Shown: positions 50,474 through 59,481, numbered from the stretch's first letter. The stretch: DNA of 64,000 nt from a virus (IMGVR_UViG_3300025141_013870:1-64000), one strand, 5' to 3'. Program-made: numbers and translations. Notes: generated from the letters alone by a model not told the origin.

Positions 50474-51199
50474 ATGGCACGTTTAAAATCTAAACAATTT
50501 AAGAAAAAATATGCTACCACGATGGATAACATACCTGAAAAGGGTGTTTGGTCAGGTAGGGGAATTGGAATTCCTGCGGCTGGAGCCATCGGCGGCGGAG
50601 ATGACTATAAGCAAAAGATAGGAAGAGGAAAGCTACCTGACTTTAGAACTGGAAGACCCACGCAGGGTGCAGATTCTACATTTTCATCATATCTTGCAAG
50701 GGTGAATACTGGATATGATGACTATGATAAGTCTATTGAATATATGCCAATGTTTCCTGAGCAAGAACCTGAGTTAGAAGATACTTATTATGGAGATGAT
50801 GATGATATTTCTAGAAATAGAAAGCTTCCAAAAGATTTTAAGGTTTCAAGACCCAGGATAAAAGGACTTAAAGAGATGAGTTTTGATGATGAAAGTCTAG
50901 ATGAAATTATGGCATTCATTCAGGAATCTATATATCCTGACTATGAATCATACCACCCTCCTCTTCCAGCGGGATATGAATACAGAGGAGTTCCAACTGT
51001 AGTTTCTAAAGATTCTGAAAAAGATGATTTTGATGTGCTAGAGGATTATGGTGATACAGCTGTTTCTTATAAGGCAGACGGCGGAGTTACAACGTATCAA
51101 GATAGAAACAAGCTTGTCAAAGAGATGGCACTTAGAAGAATTATCAGAGAGGATATTGCAGCTATATTTGAATCGAGCACAAAAAAAAACAGGTACTAG
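50474..51199 (+). CDS. Hypothetical protein, N-terminal part (late-type motif, head-protein-like IxES sites)
   Basis: ATAGTTA at 50459; ends just after the A9 run (…ESSTKKNRY*). Confidence 0.6.
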   Translation: MARLKSKQFKKKYATTMDNIPEKGVWSGRGIGIPAAGAIGGGDDYKQKIGRGKLPDFRTGRPTQGADSTFSSYLARVNTGYDDYDKSIEYMPMFPEQEPELEDTYYGDDDDISRNRKLPKDFKVSRPRIKGLKEMSFDDESLDEIMAFIQESIYPDYESYHPPLPAGYEYRGVPTVVSKDSEKDDFDVLEDYGDTAVSYKADGGVTTYQDRNKLVKEMALRRIIREDIAAIFESSTKKNRY

Positions 51200-51468
51200 A
51201 TAGTATAGATGATAACGATGAAGACGAAAGAGAAGATGAGCAATCAACCCTCGCAGGAGGAAGCATCACAGGCTGGACAGGTCCGATGGGATCTGGTCCA
51301 AATTATACAAAGCTCGCTCAGCAAAATGCTAAATTTTTTGGCGGCGGGAGTCTCGTTAATCCAGGAGAACCTGCACGGATTGTTAAACGTGCAAAGGAAT
51401 TTGCAACCGGTGCGGCTGGATTCAAATCGAAAAAGAAAAGAATTAAAAAAAAGAAATCTAAGAAATAA
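51181..51468 (+). CDS. -1-frame continuation of the 50474 ORF (frameshift, slippage or homopolymer error)
   Basis: Open frame KKKQVLDSIDD...EQSTLAGGSITGWTGPMGSGP...KKKKSKK* begins in the A9 run; the ORF track shows only 51286-51468. Confidence 0.55.
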   Translation, partial: KKKQVLDSIDDNDEDEREDEQSTLAGGSITGWTGPMGSGPNYTKLAQQNAKFFGGGSLVNPGEPARIVKRAKEFATGAAGFKSKKKRIKKKKSKK

Positions 51469-51471
51469 TTT

Positions 51472-51500
51472 TTGAACATTAGAATATAATAAGTTAAACT
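51472..51500 (+). promoter_or_regulatory. Sigma70-like promoter TTGAAC-N17-TAAACT before SSB
   Basis: Canonical 17-bp spacing; TTGAACATTA recurs at 51537. Confidence 0.6.
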
Positions 51501-51570
51501 TACCTGTGCTTGGTGCACAGAATAAAACAAATCAAATTGAACATTACAAACTAAAAAATTGGAGGTTAAG

Positions 51571-52347
51571 ATGGCAGTTGATTTTGATGCAATTCGCAAG
51601 AAGCTAGATCGATTAAGTGGGAATAACAGGAATCGATCGGTGATGTGGCGACCAACGGAGGGAGAGGAACATACAGTTCGACTTCTTTCCTTTCCGGATA
51701 ATGATGGTCAGCCATTTAAGGAACTTTGGTTCTACTATAACATTGGAAAGGAGAGAGGACTTCTAGCTCCAAATCAGTTTGGAGATCCTGATCCTATTCA
51801 AGAGCTCATTACAAAACTTCGCGAGGAAGGTTCTAAGGAGTCTTATGAGCTTGCGAAGAAGCTATATCCGAAGATGCGGACATACGCTCCTGTGATCGTA
51901 CGAGGCGAGGAAGATAAAGGTGTCCAGGTCTGGGGATTTGGAAAGATGGTGTATCAAGCACTATTGGGACTTATGCTTGATGAAGACTACGGAGATATCA
52001 CTGATCCTCTCAGCGGTCGTGACGTGAAGGTGGTTTGCTCAAAGCAGCCAGGAAAGATGTGGGCAATGACAGAAGTTAGGCCGAGAGGAAAACAGTCAAA
52101 GTTGACTGATAATGCCAAGGAGGCAACTGAGTGGCGAGATTCCATACCTAATCTTGATGATATTTTCCAATGCAAGAGCTATGATGAACTCTCAAAGATC
52201 ATAAATGACTGGCTCGGAGGGGAAGACAATGCCTCAGATACAGCTCCTAGCTCATCTGGAGTATCTTCAACTGAATCTGATCAATCTGGAACAGCGTCTG
52301 GGTACAAGAGCATCGATGATGCCTTTGCAGATCTTATGTCTGATTGA
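51571..52347 (+). CDS. Single-stranded DNA-binding protein (T4 gp32-like)
   Basis: SD GGAGG before ATG 51571; VRLLSFPD..GQPFKELWFYY, DPIQE, APVIVRGEE..GVQVWGFG, DITDP.SGRD; acidic C-tail DDAFADLMSD. Confidence 0.8.
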   Translation: MAVDFDAIRKKLDRLSGNNRNRSVMWRPTEGEEHTVRLLSFPDNDGQPFKELWFYYNIGKERGLLAPNQFGDPDPIQELITKLREEGSKESYELAKKLYPKMRTYAPVIVRGEEDKGVQVWGFGKMVYQALLGLMLDEDYGDITDPLSGRDVKVVCSKQPGKMWAMTEVRPRGKQSKLTDNAKEATEWRDSIPNLDDIFQCKSYDELSKIINDWLGGEDNASDTAPSSSGVSSTESDQSGTASGYKSIDDAFADLMSD

Positions 52348-52373
52348 TAGAAGCGATCTATCTTTATAAATTT

Positions 52374-52402
52374 ATCAAGGGACGATTCGTCCCTTGATTT
52401 TT
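52374..52402 (+). terminator. Rho-independent terminator after SSB
   Basis: ATCAAGGGACG-ATT-CGTCCCTTGAT followed by TTTT. Confidence 0.8.
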
Positions 52403-52413
52403 ATAAAATGTAA

Positions 52414-52443
52414 TTGAACATCACAGCAAAGTTTTAGTACCTT
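52414..52443 (+). promoter_or_regulatory. Sigma70-like promoter TTGAAC-N18-TACCTT before recA
   Basis: Same TTGAACA -35 as the SSB promoter, directly after the terminator. Confidence 0.45.
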
Positions 52444-52459
52444 ATATTAAAGGTAAATT

Positions 52460-53623
52460 ATGTCAAAAAAAAATAATGAAATAGAGGACTTTACATCTGA
52501 ACTGATATCTTCACTAAACAAGGAGCACGGATCAAGAGTTGCATATAATCTTAGTCAAGATGAATCGCCCACGCACGTAAAGCGATGGATATCAACTGGA
52601 TCAAAATTATTAGATTATATTTGCTCTAATAGAAGAAATGGTGGACTTCCTGAAGGAAGAATAGTAGAGATATTTGGTCCACCATCTATTGGAAAGTCGC
52701 ACATAGCAACACAAATAGCGAGATCTACCCAGAAAATGGGAGGAATAGCTGTCTACATAGATACAGAAAACGCAACATCAGTGGAAAATCTACAAATGCT
52801 GGGAGTTGATGTATCTAATAGATTCGTGTACGTAGACACACATTGTACAGAAGAGGTTTTTAAGGTAGCAGAATCTGTGATTCTTAAGTCAAAAGGAATG
52901 CACAAGGATGTTCCTGTTACTATCATTTGGGATTCTGTGGCAGCATCGTCACCTAAGGCAGAACTTCTTGGGGATTATGATAAGGAATCTATTGGCCTTC
53001 AAGCAAGATCAATATCTAAAGGCATGAGAAAGATAACAGGTGTTATTGGCGATCAATGTGTTTTATTTGTGATATTAAATCAAACAAGAATGAAGATAGG
53101 TGTGATGTTTGGTGATCCAACAACTACACCTGGCGGCAAGGCGATTCCATTTCATGCATCTACAAGAATAAAGCTAGGAGCTGGACAGCAGATAAAGGAT
53201 GGTGATGATGTGATTGGAATTCACGTTTCAGCAAAGACTATCAAGAACAAGGTAGCTGCACCTTTTAGAACTGCTAATTTCGAGATTCACTTTGGAGTCG
53301 GAATAAAAGAGCACGAGCAGATCTTTGATCTTTTGAGAAAGCACGGTCCAGAAACTTTGAACAATAAGGAGATATCTCTTTCAGGAACCGGAGCGTGGAA
53401 AACACTTAATGTTGTAGATACAAATACTGGCGAGATTATAATAGAAAAGAAATTTAGAAAAAATGAATTTTATCAGATATTAGAGAGCGATGAATACGGA
53501 AAATATATAGATGACTTTTTAGAGATGGCTATGGTGAAGAAATTTGCATCTGAACCTCCTGACATAGATAACGAATCATATATAGAGATCGAAGCCCTAT
53601 CTGATAGTTTGAGAGGAGACTAG
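52460..53623 (+). CDS. recA: RecA/UvsX recombinase
   Basis: GLPEGRIVEIFGPPSIGKS (Walker A), YIDTENA, IIWDSVAA, LNQTR, TPGGKAIPFHASTRI, KNKVAAPF. Confidence 0.95.
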   Translation: MSKKNNEIEDFTSELISSLNKEHGSRVAYNLSQDESPTHVKRWISTGSKLLDYICSNRRNGGLPEGRIVEIFGPPSIGKSHIATQIARSTQKMGGIAVYIDTENATSVENLQMLGVDVSNRFVYVDTHCTEEVFKVAESVILKSKGMHKDVPVTIIWDSVAASSPKAELLGDYDKESIGLQARSISKGMRKITGVIGDQCVLFVILNQTRMKIGVMFGDPTTTPGGKAIPFHASTRIKLGAGQQIKDGDDVIGIHVSAKTIKNKVAAPFRTANFEIHFGVGIKEHEQIFDLLRKHGPETLNNKEISLSGTGAWKTLNVVDTNTGEIIIEKKFRKNEFYQILESDEYGKYIDDFLEMAMVKKFASEPPDIDNESYIEIEALSDSLRGD

Positions 53624-53630
53624 ACTGAAA

Positions 53631-54593
53631 GTGAATAAAACAAATTGCGAGTTTGTCTTATTAGTTGATGGGTTGAATTTGTTTACAAGACACTTTGTAG
53701 CGCATCCCGCAACAGCTTCAACTGGAGAACATGTCGGCGGAATAGTTGGATTCCTATACGCTATTATTGAATTTGCAGAGAGGTTTAAGCCCAATCAGAT
53801 TTTTGTGGTATGGGAAGGCGGCGGCTCATCTCGAAGAAGATCCATCTATAGCGAATATAAACAAAAGAGAAGGCCAGAAAAATTAAATAGATTCTATGAT
53901 GATGACATTCCCGATACAATTGAGAATAGAAATAACCAGATATCAACAATAGTTGATATTCTTAAACAGTCTCCAGTTAACCAGATTTATGTTCCAGATT
54001 GTGAAGCAGATGATGTGATAGGGTATCTCTGCAAGTATAGATTTAAAAACAATAGAAAGCTAGTAGTTTCTTCTGATAAGGATTTTTATCAACTTTTAGA
54101 TAGTAATACGATAATATATTCTCCAACATGGAAGAAGCTTGTTACATCAAAAGATGTCGTAGAGAAGTTTGGAATATCACCTGAAAACTTTTGTTTGGCA
54201 AAATCTATTTGTGGTGATGCATCTGACAATATCAATGGTGTAAAAAATGTTGGATTTAAAACTTTATCAAAAAGATTTCCAGATTTTTCAAAAAGAACGC
54301 CACTCATGATACAGGACATAGTAGATTTGTGCGATGACATGATCAAAGAGGGCGTAAAGCTAAAAGCCATCACTAACATATCAGAGTCAAAAGATCTAAT
54401 TAAGAGAAATTGGAAATTGATCTATCTAGATACAATAAGCTTATCATCAGATCAAATTTCTAAAATAAACTATTTGATTGATAATTTATGTGTCTCTAGA
54501 GATAAAGTTACTATGATGAGAATTTTCATAAGAGAAGGAATTCAAACATTCAATGTGGATAGATTTTTTCTATCTTTAAATCATATTAGGTAG
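53631..54593 (+). CDS. 5'-3' exonuclease / flap endonuclease (T4 RNase H-like)
   Basis: LLVDGLNLF, YSEYKQKR, EADDVIGY, SSDKDFYQL, GDASDNINGV. Confidence 0.9.
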   Translation: MNKTNCEFVLLVDGLNLFTRHFVAHPATASTGEHVGGIVGFLYAIIEFAERFKPNQIFVVWEGGGSSRRRSIYSEYKQKRRPEKLNRFYDDDIPDTIENRNNQISTIVDILKQSPVNQIYVPDCEADDVIGYLCKYRFKNNRKLVVSSDKDFYQLLDSNTIIYSPTWKKLVTSKDVVEKFGISPENFCLAKSICGDASDNINGVKNVGFKTLSKRFPDFSKRTPLMIQDIVDLCDDMIKEGVKLKAITNISESKDLIKRNWKLIYLDTISLSSDQISKINYLIDNLCVSRDKVTMMRIFIREGIQTFNVDRFFLSLNHIR

Positions 54594-54596
54594 GGT

Positions 54597-55985
54597 ATGA
54601 GCGAGACAACATCACATTTCAGTAGATATGGAAAGTCCTTTCAGGAAAAGATTTTCCAAGCATTTATCACAGATCAAAACTGGGCAGCACAAATGACAGA
54701 GGTGATGGACTCTTCATTTTTTGAACAGAAATATTTACAATATTTATCTAAAAAATATTTTGATTATTACTGTAAATACAAGTCATTTCCAACTCTTCCG
54801 CTATTGATAACAATAATAAGAGATGACCTTAGAGAGGGAAGTGACATTATCTTAAGAGATCAAATTATTGAGTTTCTTCATAGAATTAAGGTAAATCCTG
54901 ATGTGGGAGATCTTGAATTTGTTAAAGAGAAGTCACTTGATTTTTGTAAAAAACAAGCTCTTAAAAATGCCCTTGAGGTATCTGTTGATTTGATAGCAAC
55001 AGAGAAATATGAGTCAGTCATAGAAGTTATGAAAGATGCCATATGCAAAGGGATGCCTTCATCTATTGGTCATAACTTTTTTGAGGATTATGAATCACGA
55101 TTTACGAGATTTAGTCGTGTCACTTGCCCAACTGGGATACCAGAAATAGATAAAAAAGATATATTAAATGGCGGTCTCGGAAGAGGCGAGATAGGTGTCA
55201 TAACTGCTCCCACAGGTGTCGGGAAATCTCATTTTTTGGTTCATGTTGGATCTGAGGCACTAAGAGTTGGTAAAAATGTCATACATTATACGTTTGAACT
55301 ATCAGAGAGAGCTGCAGGATTAAGATATGATAGTAATCTTTGCGACATACCCAGCAATGAAGTGATAGATAGAAAGGATGAGGTCTTAAAAAAGTATGAT
55401 GATTCAGATTTTGGAAGGCTTATTATCAAGGAGTACCCTACTGGATCTGCTACAGTTACAACTATTAGAAATCACATTGAAAAACTTTTACTCAAGTCTT
55501 TTGTTCCCAGCTTGATAATTATTGATTATGCAGATATCATGCGATCATCAAGAAAATATGACTCTCTTCGTCACGAGCTAAAGTTAATTTATGAGGAATT
55601 GAGGAATCTCTCTATGGATATGAATATACCAATCTGGACAGCAAGTCAGGCGAATAGAGATGCAGCAAATGCGTCAGTTGTCGGATTAGAAAATATGGCA
55701 GAGGCGTACGGGAAAGCAATGGTGGCAGATGTAGTTTTATCGTTATCTAGAAAACCTATGGAAAAAGCATCTGGCTGCGGAAGGTTGTTTGTTGCCAAGA
55801 ATAGAGCAGGAAGAGATGGAATACTTTTTCCTATTCACCTAGATACAGCAAGGTCAAAAATCTATGTTGTAGAAAATGGTGATGAGATGTCATTAAGCGA
55901 TGTTGTCAAAACTGACGCTAATGCCATGAAAAATCTTTTAAAGCAGAAGTGGAAAGAAGTTAACGGTGACAGCCGCACGCAGTAA
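54597..55985 (+). CDS. Replicative DnaB-like helicase (gp41-like)
   Basis: APTGVGKS (Walker A), HYTFEL, IIKEYPTG, IIIDYADIM, WTASQANR, VAKNRAG. Confidence 0.92.
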   Translation: MSETTSHFSRYGKSFQEKIFQAFITDQNWAAQMTEVMDSSFFEQKYLQYLSKKYFDYYCKYKSFPTLPLLITIIRDDLREGSDIILRDQIIEFLHRIKVNPDVGDLEFVKEKSLDFCKKQALKNALEVSVDLIATEKYESVIEVMKDAICKGMPSSIGHNFFEDYESRFTRFSRVTCPTGIPEIDKKDILNGGLGRGEIGVITAPTGVGKSHFLVHVGSEALRVGKNVIHYTFELSERAAGLRYDSNLCDIPSNEVIDRKDEVLKKYDDSDFGRLIIKEYPTGSATVTTIRNHIEKLLLKSFVPSLIIIDYADIMRSSRKYDSLRHELKLIYEELRNLSMDMNIPIWTASQANRDAANASVVGLENMAEAYGKAMVADVVLSLSRKPMEKASGCGRLFVAKNRAGRDGILFPIHLDTARSKIYVVENGDEMSLSDVVKTDANAMKNLLKQKWKEVNGDSRTQ

Positions 55986-56006
55986 AAATTATTATCGGAG
56001 AATTTT

Positions 56007-58466
56007 ATGAAAGTGTCTTTTAATAAAGCTCTGTCAGAAAGTATTGAATATTTTGGTGGTGATGAACTTGCTGCTAATATTTTTGTAACAAAATACGCAC
56101 TTTGTGATGAAGCTGGAAATTTTTATGAAAAGACGCCTGATGATATGCATAAAAGACTTGCATCTGAGTTTCATAGAATTGAAAAAAATTATCCCAATCC
56201 GATGACAGAGGATGAAATATATCATCTTTTTAAAGATTTTAAATATGTTATTCCACAAGGAAGCCCGATGGCTGGAATTGGAAATAACTTTAGAATTCAG
56301 TCTTTGTCAAATTGTTTCGTCATAGAGTCTCCACATGACTCATATGGTGGAATTCTTAAGTCAGATCAAGAGCTAGTACAAATAGCAAAAAGAAGAGGAG
56401 GAGTAGGCTTTGACATTTCGACAATACGACCAAAAGGGTGCACGACATCAAATGCTGCCAGAACTACTGACGGCATCGAAGTATTTATGGATAGATTTTC
56501 AAATTCGTGCAGAGAAGTGGCTCAGGGTGGACGCCGCGGAGCCCTTATGCTTACTATCTCTATTCATCATCCTCAAGTTAGAGATTTTATAAGAATTAAA
56601 AGAGATCTTTCTCGAGTGACAGGTGCCAACATATCAGTAAGACTAACAGATGAATTTATGAATGCTGTAGAAAATAAATCTGAAGTTGAGCTAAGATTTC
56701 CAGTTGATAGTGAATTTCCTGAAATGTCAGAGTCTGTAGACGCATCCGAGCTTTGGGATGAGATAATAGAGTCAGCACATGAATCTGCTGAACCAGGAAT
56801 TCTTTTTTGGGACACGGCGAAAAGATTAACACCTTCCGACATCTATGAAAAAGAAGGGTTTGGGTCAACATCTACAAATCCTTGCGGCGAGATAATTTTA
56901 AGCCCTGGAGATTCGTGTCGACTGATGCTAATAAATCTACTTTCATTTGTTGTCAATCCATTTAAAGATGATGCATTTTTTAATTTTAACAAGCTATCAG
57001 ATATCACCACAAAGGCGCAGAGGCTCATGGATGATATGGTCGATCTTGAAATAGAACAGGTTGATAAGATACTTGAAAAAATATTTGCTGATCCCGAACC
57101 TGAAAAAGTAAAAAAGATAGAAAAAGATCTATGGAAAAACATCAAAGAGCAGGCAATTAGAGGCAGAAGAACAGGATTGGGAATAACAGCTGTAGGTGAT
57201 ACACTCGCAGCGCTTAATGTAAGATATGGTTCAGATGAGTCAATTGATATAATTGAAAACATATACAAGACTCTTTGTGTCAATGCATATAGATCATCAT
57301 GTGTGATGGCAAAAGAGAGAGGGGCATTTCCAGTTCATGATTTTGCAAAAGAGACATATCATCCATTTTTAAGAAGAGTGTGGGAAGAAGATCCAGAACT
57401 CTTACAAATGAATGAAAAGTGGGGAAGAAGAAATATATCTCTTACAACTACCGCACCTGCAGGATCTGTGTCTACATTAACGCAAACAACATCCGGAATA
57501 GAGCCTGCCTATCTTCTTAAGTACACTAGAAGGAAGAAGATAAACCAATCTGATGAATCTGCATCTGTTGATTTTGTCGATGCTGTGGGAGATTCATGGC
57601 AAGAATATGATGTTTATCATCACGGATTCAAAAAGTGGATGGACATAACAGGAAAAACATCAGTTAAAAAATCACCATATTGGAAATCTACATCAAATGA
57701 TATTGACTGGGTCTCTAAAATAAAAGTTCAAGCTGCAGCACAGAAATGGGTATGCCATGCAATATCAAATACAACAAATGTTCCAGCAGACATAGACGTT
57801 GACACTGTTAAAAAAATCTATATTGATGGATGGAAGCTAGGTTGCAAAGGCGTAACAGTATATAGAGAAGGATGTAGATCGGGCGTTCTTGTTCCTACGG
57901 TTAGAGAAGATAAAAGTTTTGAATCTCATGATGCTCCATCTAGACCCGATGAGCTAGATTGTTCTATTCACCACGCGACAATTAAAGACGAGGCATGGAC
58001 AATTCTTGTAGGATTACTAGATGGAAGGCCATATGAGGTAATGGGAGGTCTCCAGAAGTATATTGAAATTCCGCGCAAGTACAAAGATGGAACAATTATC
58101 AAGCATCACTATAAGACAAAAAATTCTAGATATGATCTTCGTATTGGAAAAAACGGAGATGAAATTTTGATAAAGGATATTGTTTCAGTTTTTGATAATC
58201 CTAATCATGCTGGGTATACTAGGACGATATCCCTTGCACTTCGTCATGGAGCAAACATACATTATGTTGTTGAACAGCTGCAAAAAGACAGAGAGATGGA
58301 CATGTTCTCATTCTCAAAGGTTATTGCTAGAGTTCTTAAGAATTACATCAAGGATGGAACAGTACCAGGAAAGACGACATGTCAAAATTGTGGCGCTGAA
58401 GATACGCTGAGATATCAAGAAGGGTGTGTCATGTGCACAGCATGCGGATCATCCAAGTGTGGATAA
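56007..58466 (+). CDS. nrdJ: Class II (adenosylcobalamin-dependent) ribonucleotide reductase
   Basis: PQGSPMAGIG, SLSNCFV, TNPCGE, RRTGLG, TTAPAGSVS, TTSGIEP, C-terminal CQNC..EGCVMCTACGSSKC; no beta-subunit gene follows. Confidence 0.88.
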   Translation: MKVSFNKALSESIEYFGGDELAANIFVTKYALCDEAGNFYEKTPDDMHKRLASEFHRIEKNYPNPMTEDEIYHLFKDFKYVIPQGSPMAGIGNNFRIQSLSNCFVIESPHDSYGGILKSDQELVQIAKRRGGVGFDISTIRPKGCTTSNAARTTDGIEVFMDRFSNSCREVAQGGRRGALMLTISIHHPQVRDFIRIKRDLSRVTGANISVRLTDEFMNAVENKSEVELRFPVDSEFPEMSESVDASELWDEIIESAHESAEPGILFWDTAKRLTPSDIYEKEGFGSTSTNPCGEIILSPGDSCRLMLINLLSFVVNPFKDDAFFNFNKLSDITTKAQRLMDDMVDLEIEQVDKILEKIFADPEPEKVKKIEKDLWKNIKEQAIRGRRTGLGITAVGDTLAALNVRYGSDESIDIIENIYKTLCVNAYRSSCVMAKERGAFPVHDFAKETYHPFLRRVWEEDPELLQMNEKWGRRNISLTTTAPAGSVSTLTQTTSGIEPAYLLKYTRRKKINQSDESASVDFVDAVGDSWQEYDVYHHGFKKWMDITGKTSVKKSPYWKSTSNDIDWVSKIKVQAAAQKWVCHAISNTTNVPADIDVDTVKKIYIDGWKLGCKGVTVYREGCRSGVLVPTVREDKSFESHDAPSRPDELDCSIHHATIKDEAWTILVGLLDGRPYEVMGGLQKYIEIPRKYKDGTIIKHHYKTKNSRYDLRIGKNGDEILIKDIVSVFDNPNHAGYTRTISLALRHGANIHYVVEQLQKDREMDMFSFSKVIARVLKNYIKDGTVPGKTTCQNCGAEDTLRYQEGCVMCTACGSSKCG

Positions 58467-58480
58467 ATTTTCAAAAAATA

Positions 58481-58487
58481 ATACATA
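58481..58487 (+). promoter_or_regulatory. Possible late-type motif ATACATA heading the metabolic block
   Basis: In the 39-nt gap between nrdJ and iscU; fits ATAnnTA but is a less common variant. Confidence 0.3.
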
Positions 58488-58505
58488 GTGCTAGGGGGAA
58501 AATTT

Positions 58506-58892
58506 ATGTCGTATTCAGATAAGGTATTAGATCATTTTAGCAACCCCCGTAATGTCGGAGCGATGGATAAAGATGATATCAATGTAGGCACAGGTATGGT
58601 CGGTGCTCCAGCGTGCGGCGATGTGATGAAGCTTCAGCTCAAGATCAATGACAGCGGCATCATCGAGGATGCCAAGTTCAAGACATTCGGCTGCGGTTCT
58701 GCTGTTGCATCAAGCTCTTTAATAACAACATGGGTAAAAGGATTGAATATAGCAGAGGCTGAGAAGATAAAAAATTCATCAATTGCAGAGGAGCTTTGCT
58801 TGCCGCCTGTGAAGATTCACTGTTCAGTTCTTGCTGAAGATGCTATAAAGGCTGCGATTAAAGATTACCGGATCAAGAATGACAAGAAGTGA
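58506..58892 (+). CDS. iscU: Fe-S cluster scaffold IscU
   Basis: YSDKVLDHFSNPRNVG, GAPACGDVMKLQ, FKTFGCGSAVASSS, LPPVKIHCSVLAE (three conserved Cys). Start moved to ATG 58506. Confidence 0.95.
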   Translation: MSYSDKVLDHFSNPRNVGAMDKDDINVGTGMVGAPACGDVMKLQLKINDSGIIEDAKFKTFGCGSAVASSSLITTWVKGLNIAEAEKIKNSSIAEELCLPPVKIHCSVLAEDAIKAAIKDYRIKNDKK

Positions 58893-59145
58893 TATACAAA
58901 AGCTCATTGATGAAGAAATCAACTCTGCCTTATCAATGCACGGAGGCCATGTTTCAATTCATGAATTTGACGAAGAGAGCAAATCTTTGAAATTAAAAAT
59001 GGGCGGTGGGTGTCATGGATGCTCATCATCAAGAATGACTATGAAAGTGGGAGTTGAAAATCTTCTCAGGGAGGTGTTTCCTGATATTGGAGAAATTGAG
59101 GATGTCACTGATCATTCAACAGGTGAAAATCCATACTATGACTAA
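58879..59145 (+). CDS. Nfu/NifU-C-type Fe-S carrier
   Basis: INSALSMHGGHV, LKMGGGCHGCSSSRMTMKVGVE (CxxC). Confidence 0.88.
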   Translation: MTRSDIQKLIDEEINSALSMHGGHVSIHEFDEESKSLKLKMGGGCHGCSSSRMTMKVGVENLLREVFPDIGEIEDVTDHSTGENPYYD

Positions 59146-59154
59146 GGAACAAAT

Positions 59155-59481
59155 ATGGCAATAACAGTTACAGAGAAAGCAAGAATCAAAATAAAATCTC
59201 TGCTTAATCAGCGTCAAACTCCTGATCATTTTCTAAGGATAGGGTTAAGAGGAGGTGGCTGCTCTGGGTTTATGTATAAATATGAATTCATCGACAAGAC
59301 AGATGAGAAAGATAAGATATTTGAATTTGATGACATTAAAATTTGCATCGATATAAAATCCTATTTATTTCTTAATGGAATAGAGATAGATTATCAAGAA
59401 GACTTACTAAAGTCAGGCCTTGTGTTTAATGCTCCGGGAGCATCGCGAACGTGTGGCTGTGGTGAGTCAGTAACATTTTGA
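59155..59481 (+). CDS. iscA: A-type Fe-S carrier IscA/HesB
   Basis: ITVTEKA, LRIGLRGGGCSGFMY, YLNGIEIDY-like segment, CGCGES. Confidence 0.92.
   Translation: MAITVTEKARIKIKSLLNQRQTPDHFLRIGLRGGGCSGFMYKYEFIDKTDEKDKIFEFDDIKICIDIKSYLFLNGIEIDYQEDLLKSGLVFNAPGASRTCGCGESVTF

Noticed and set aside
51209-51475. 88-aa + strand ORF in the third frame
   Set aside because: It has no SD. The overlapping frame starting at 51181 gives a more protein-like continuation of the upstream gene.
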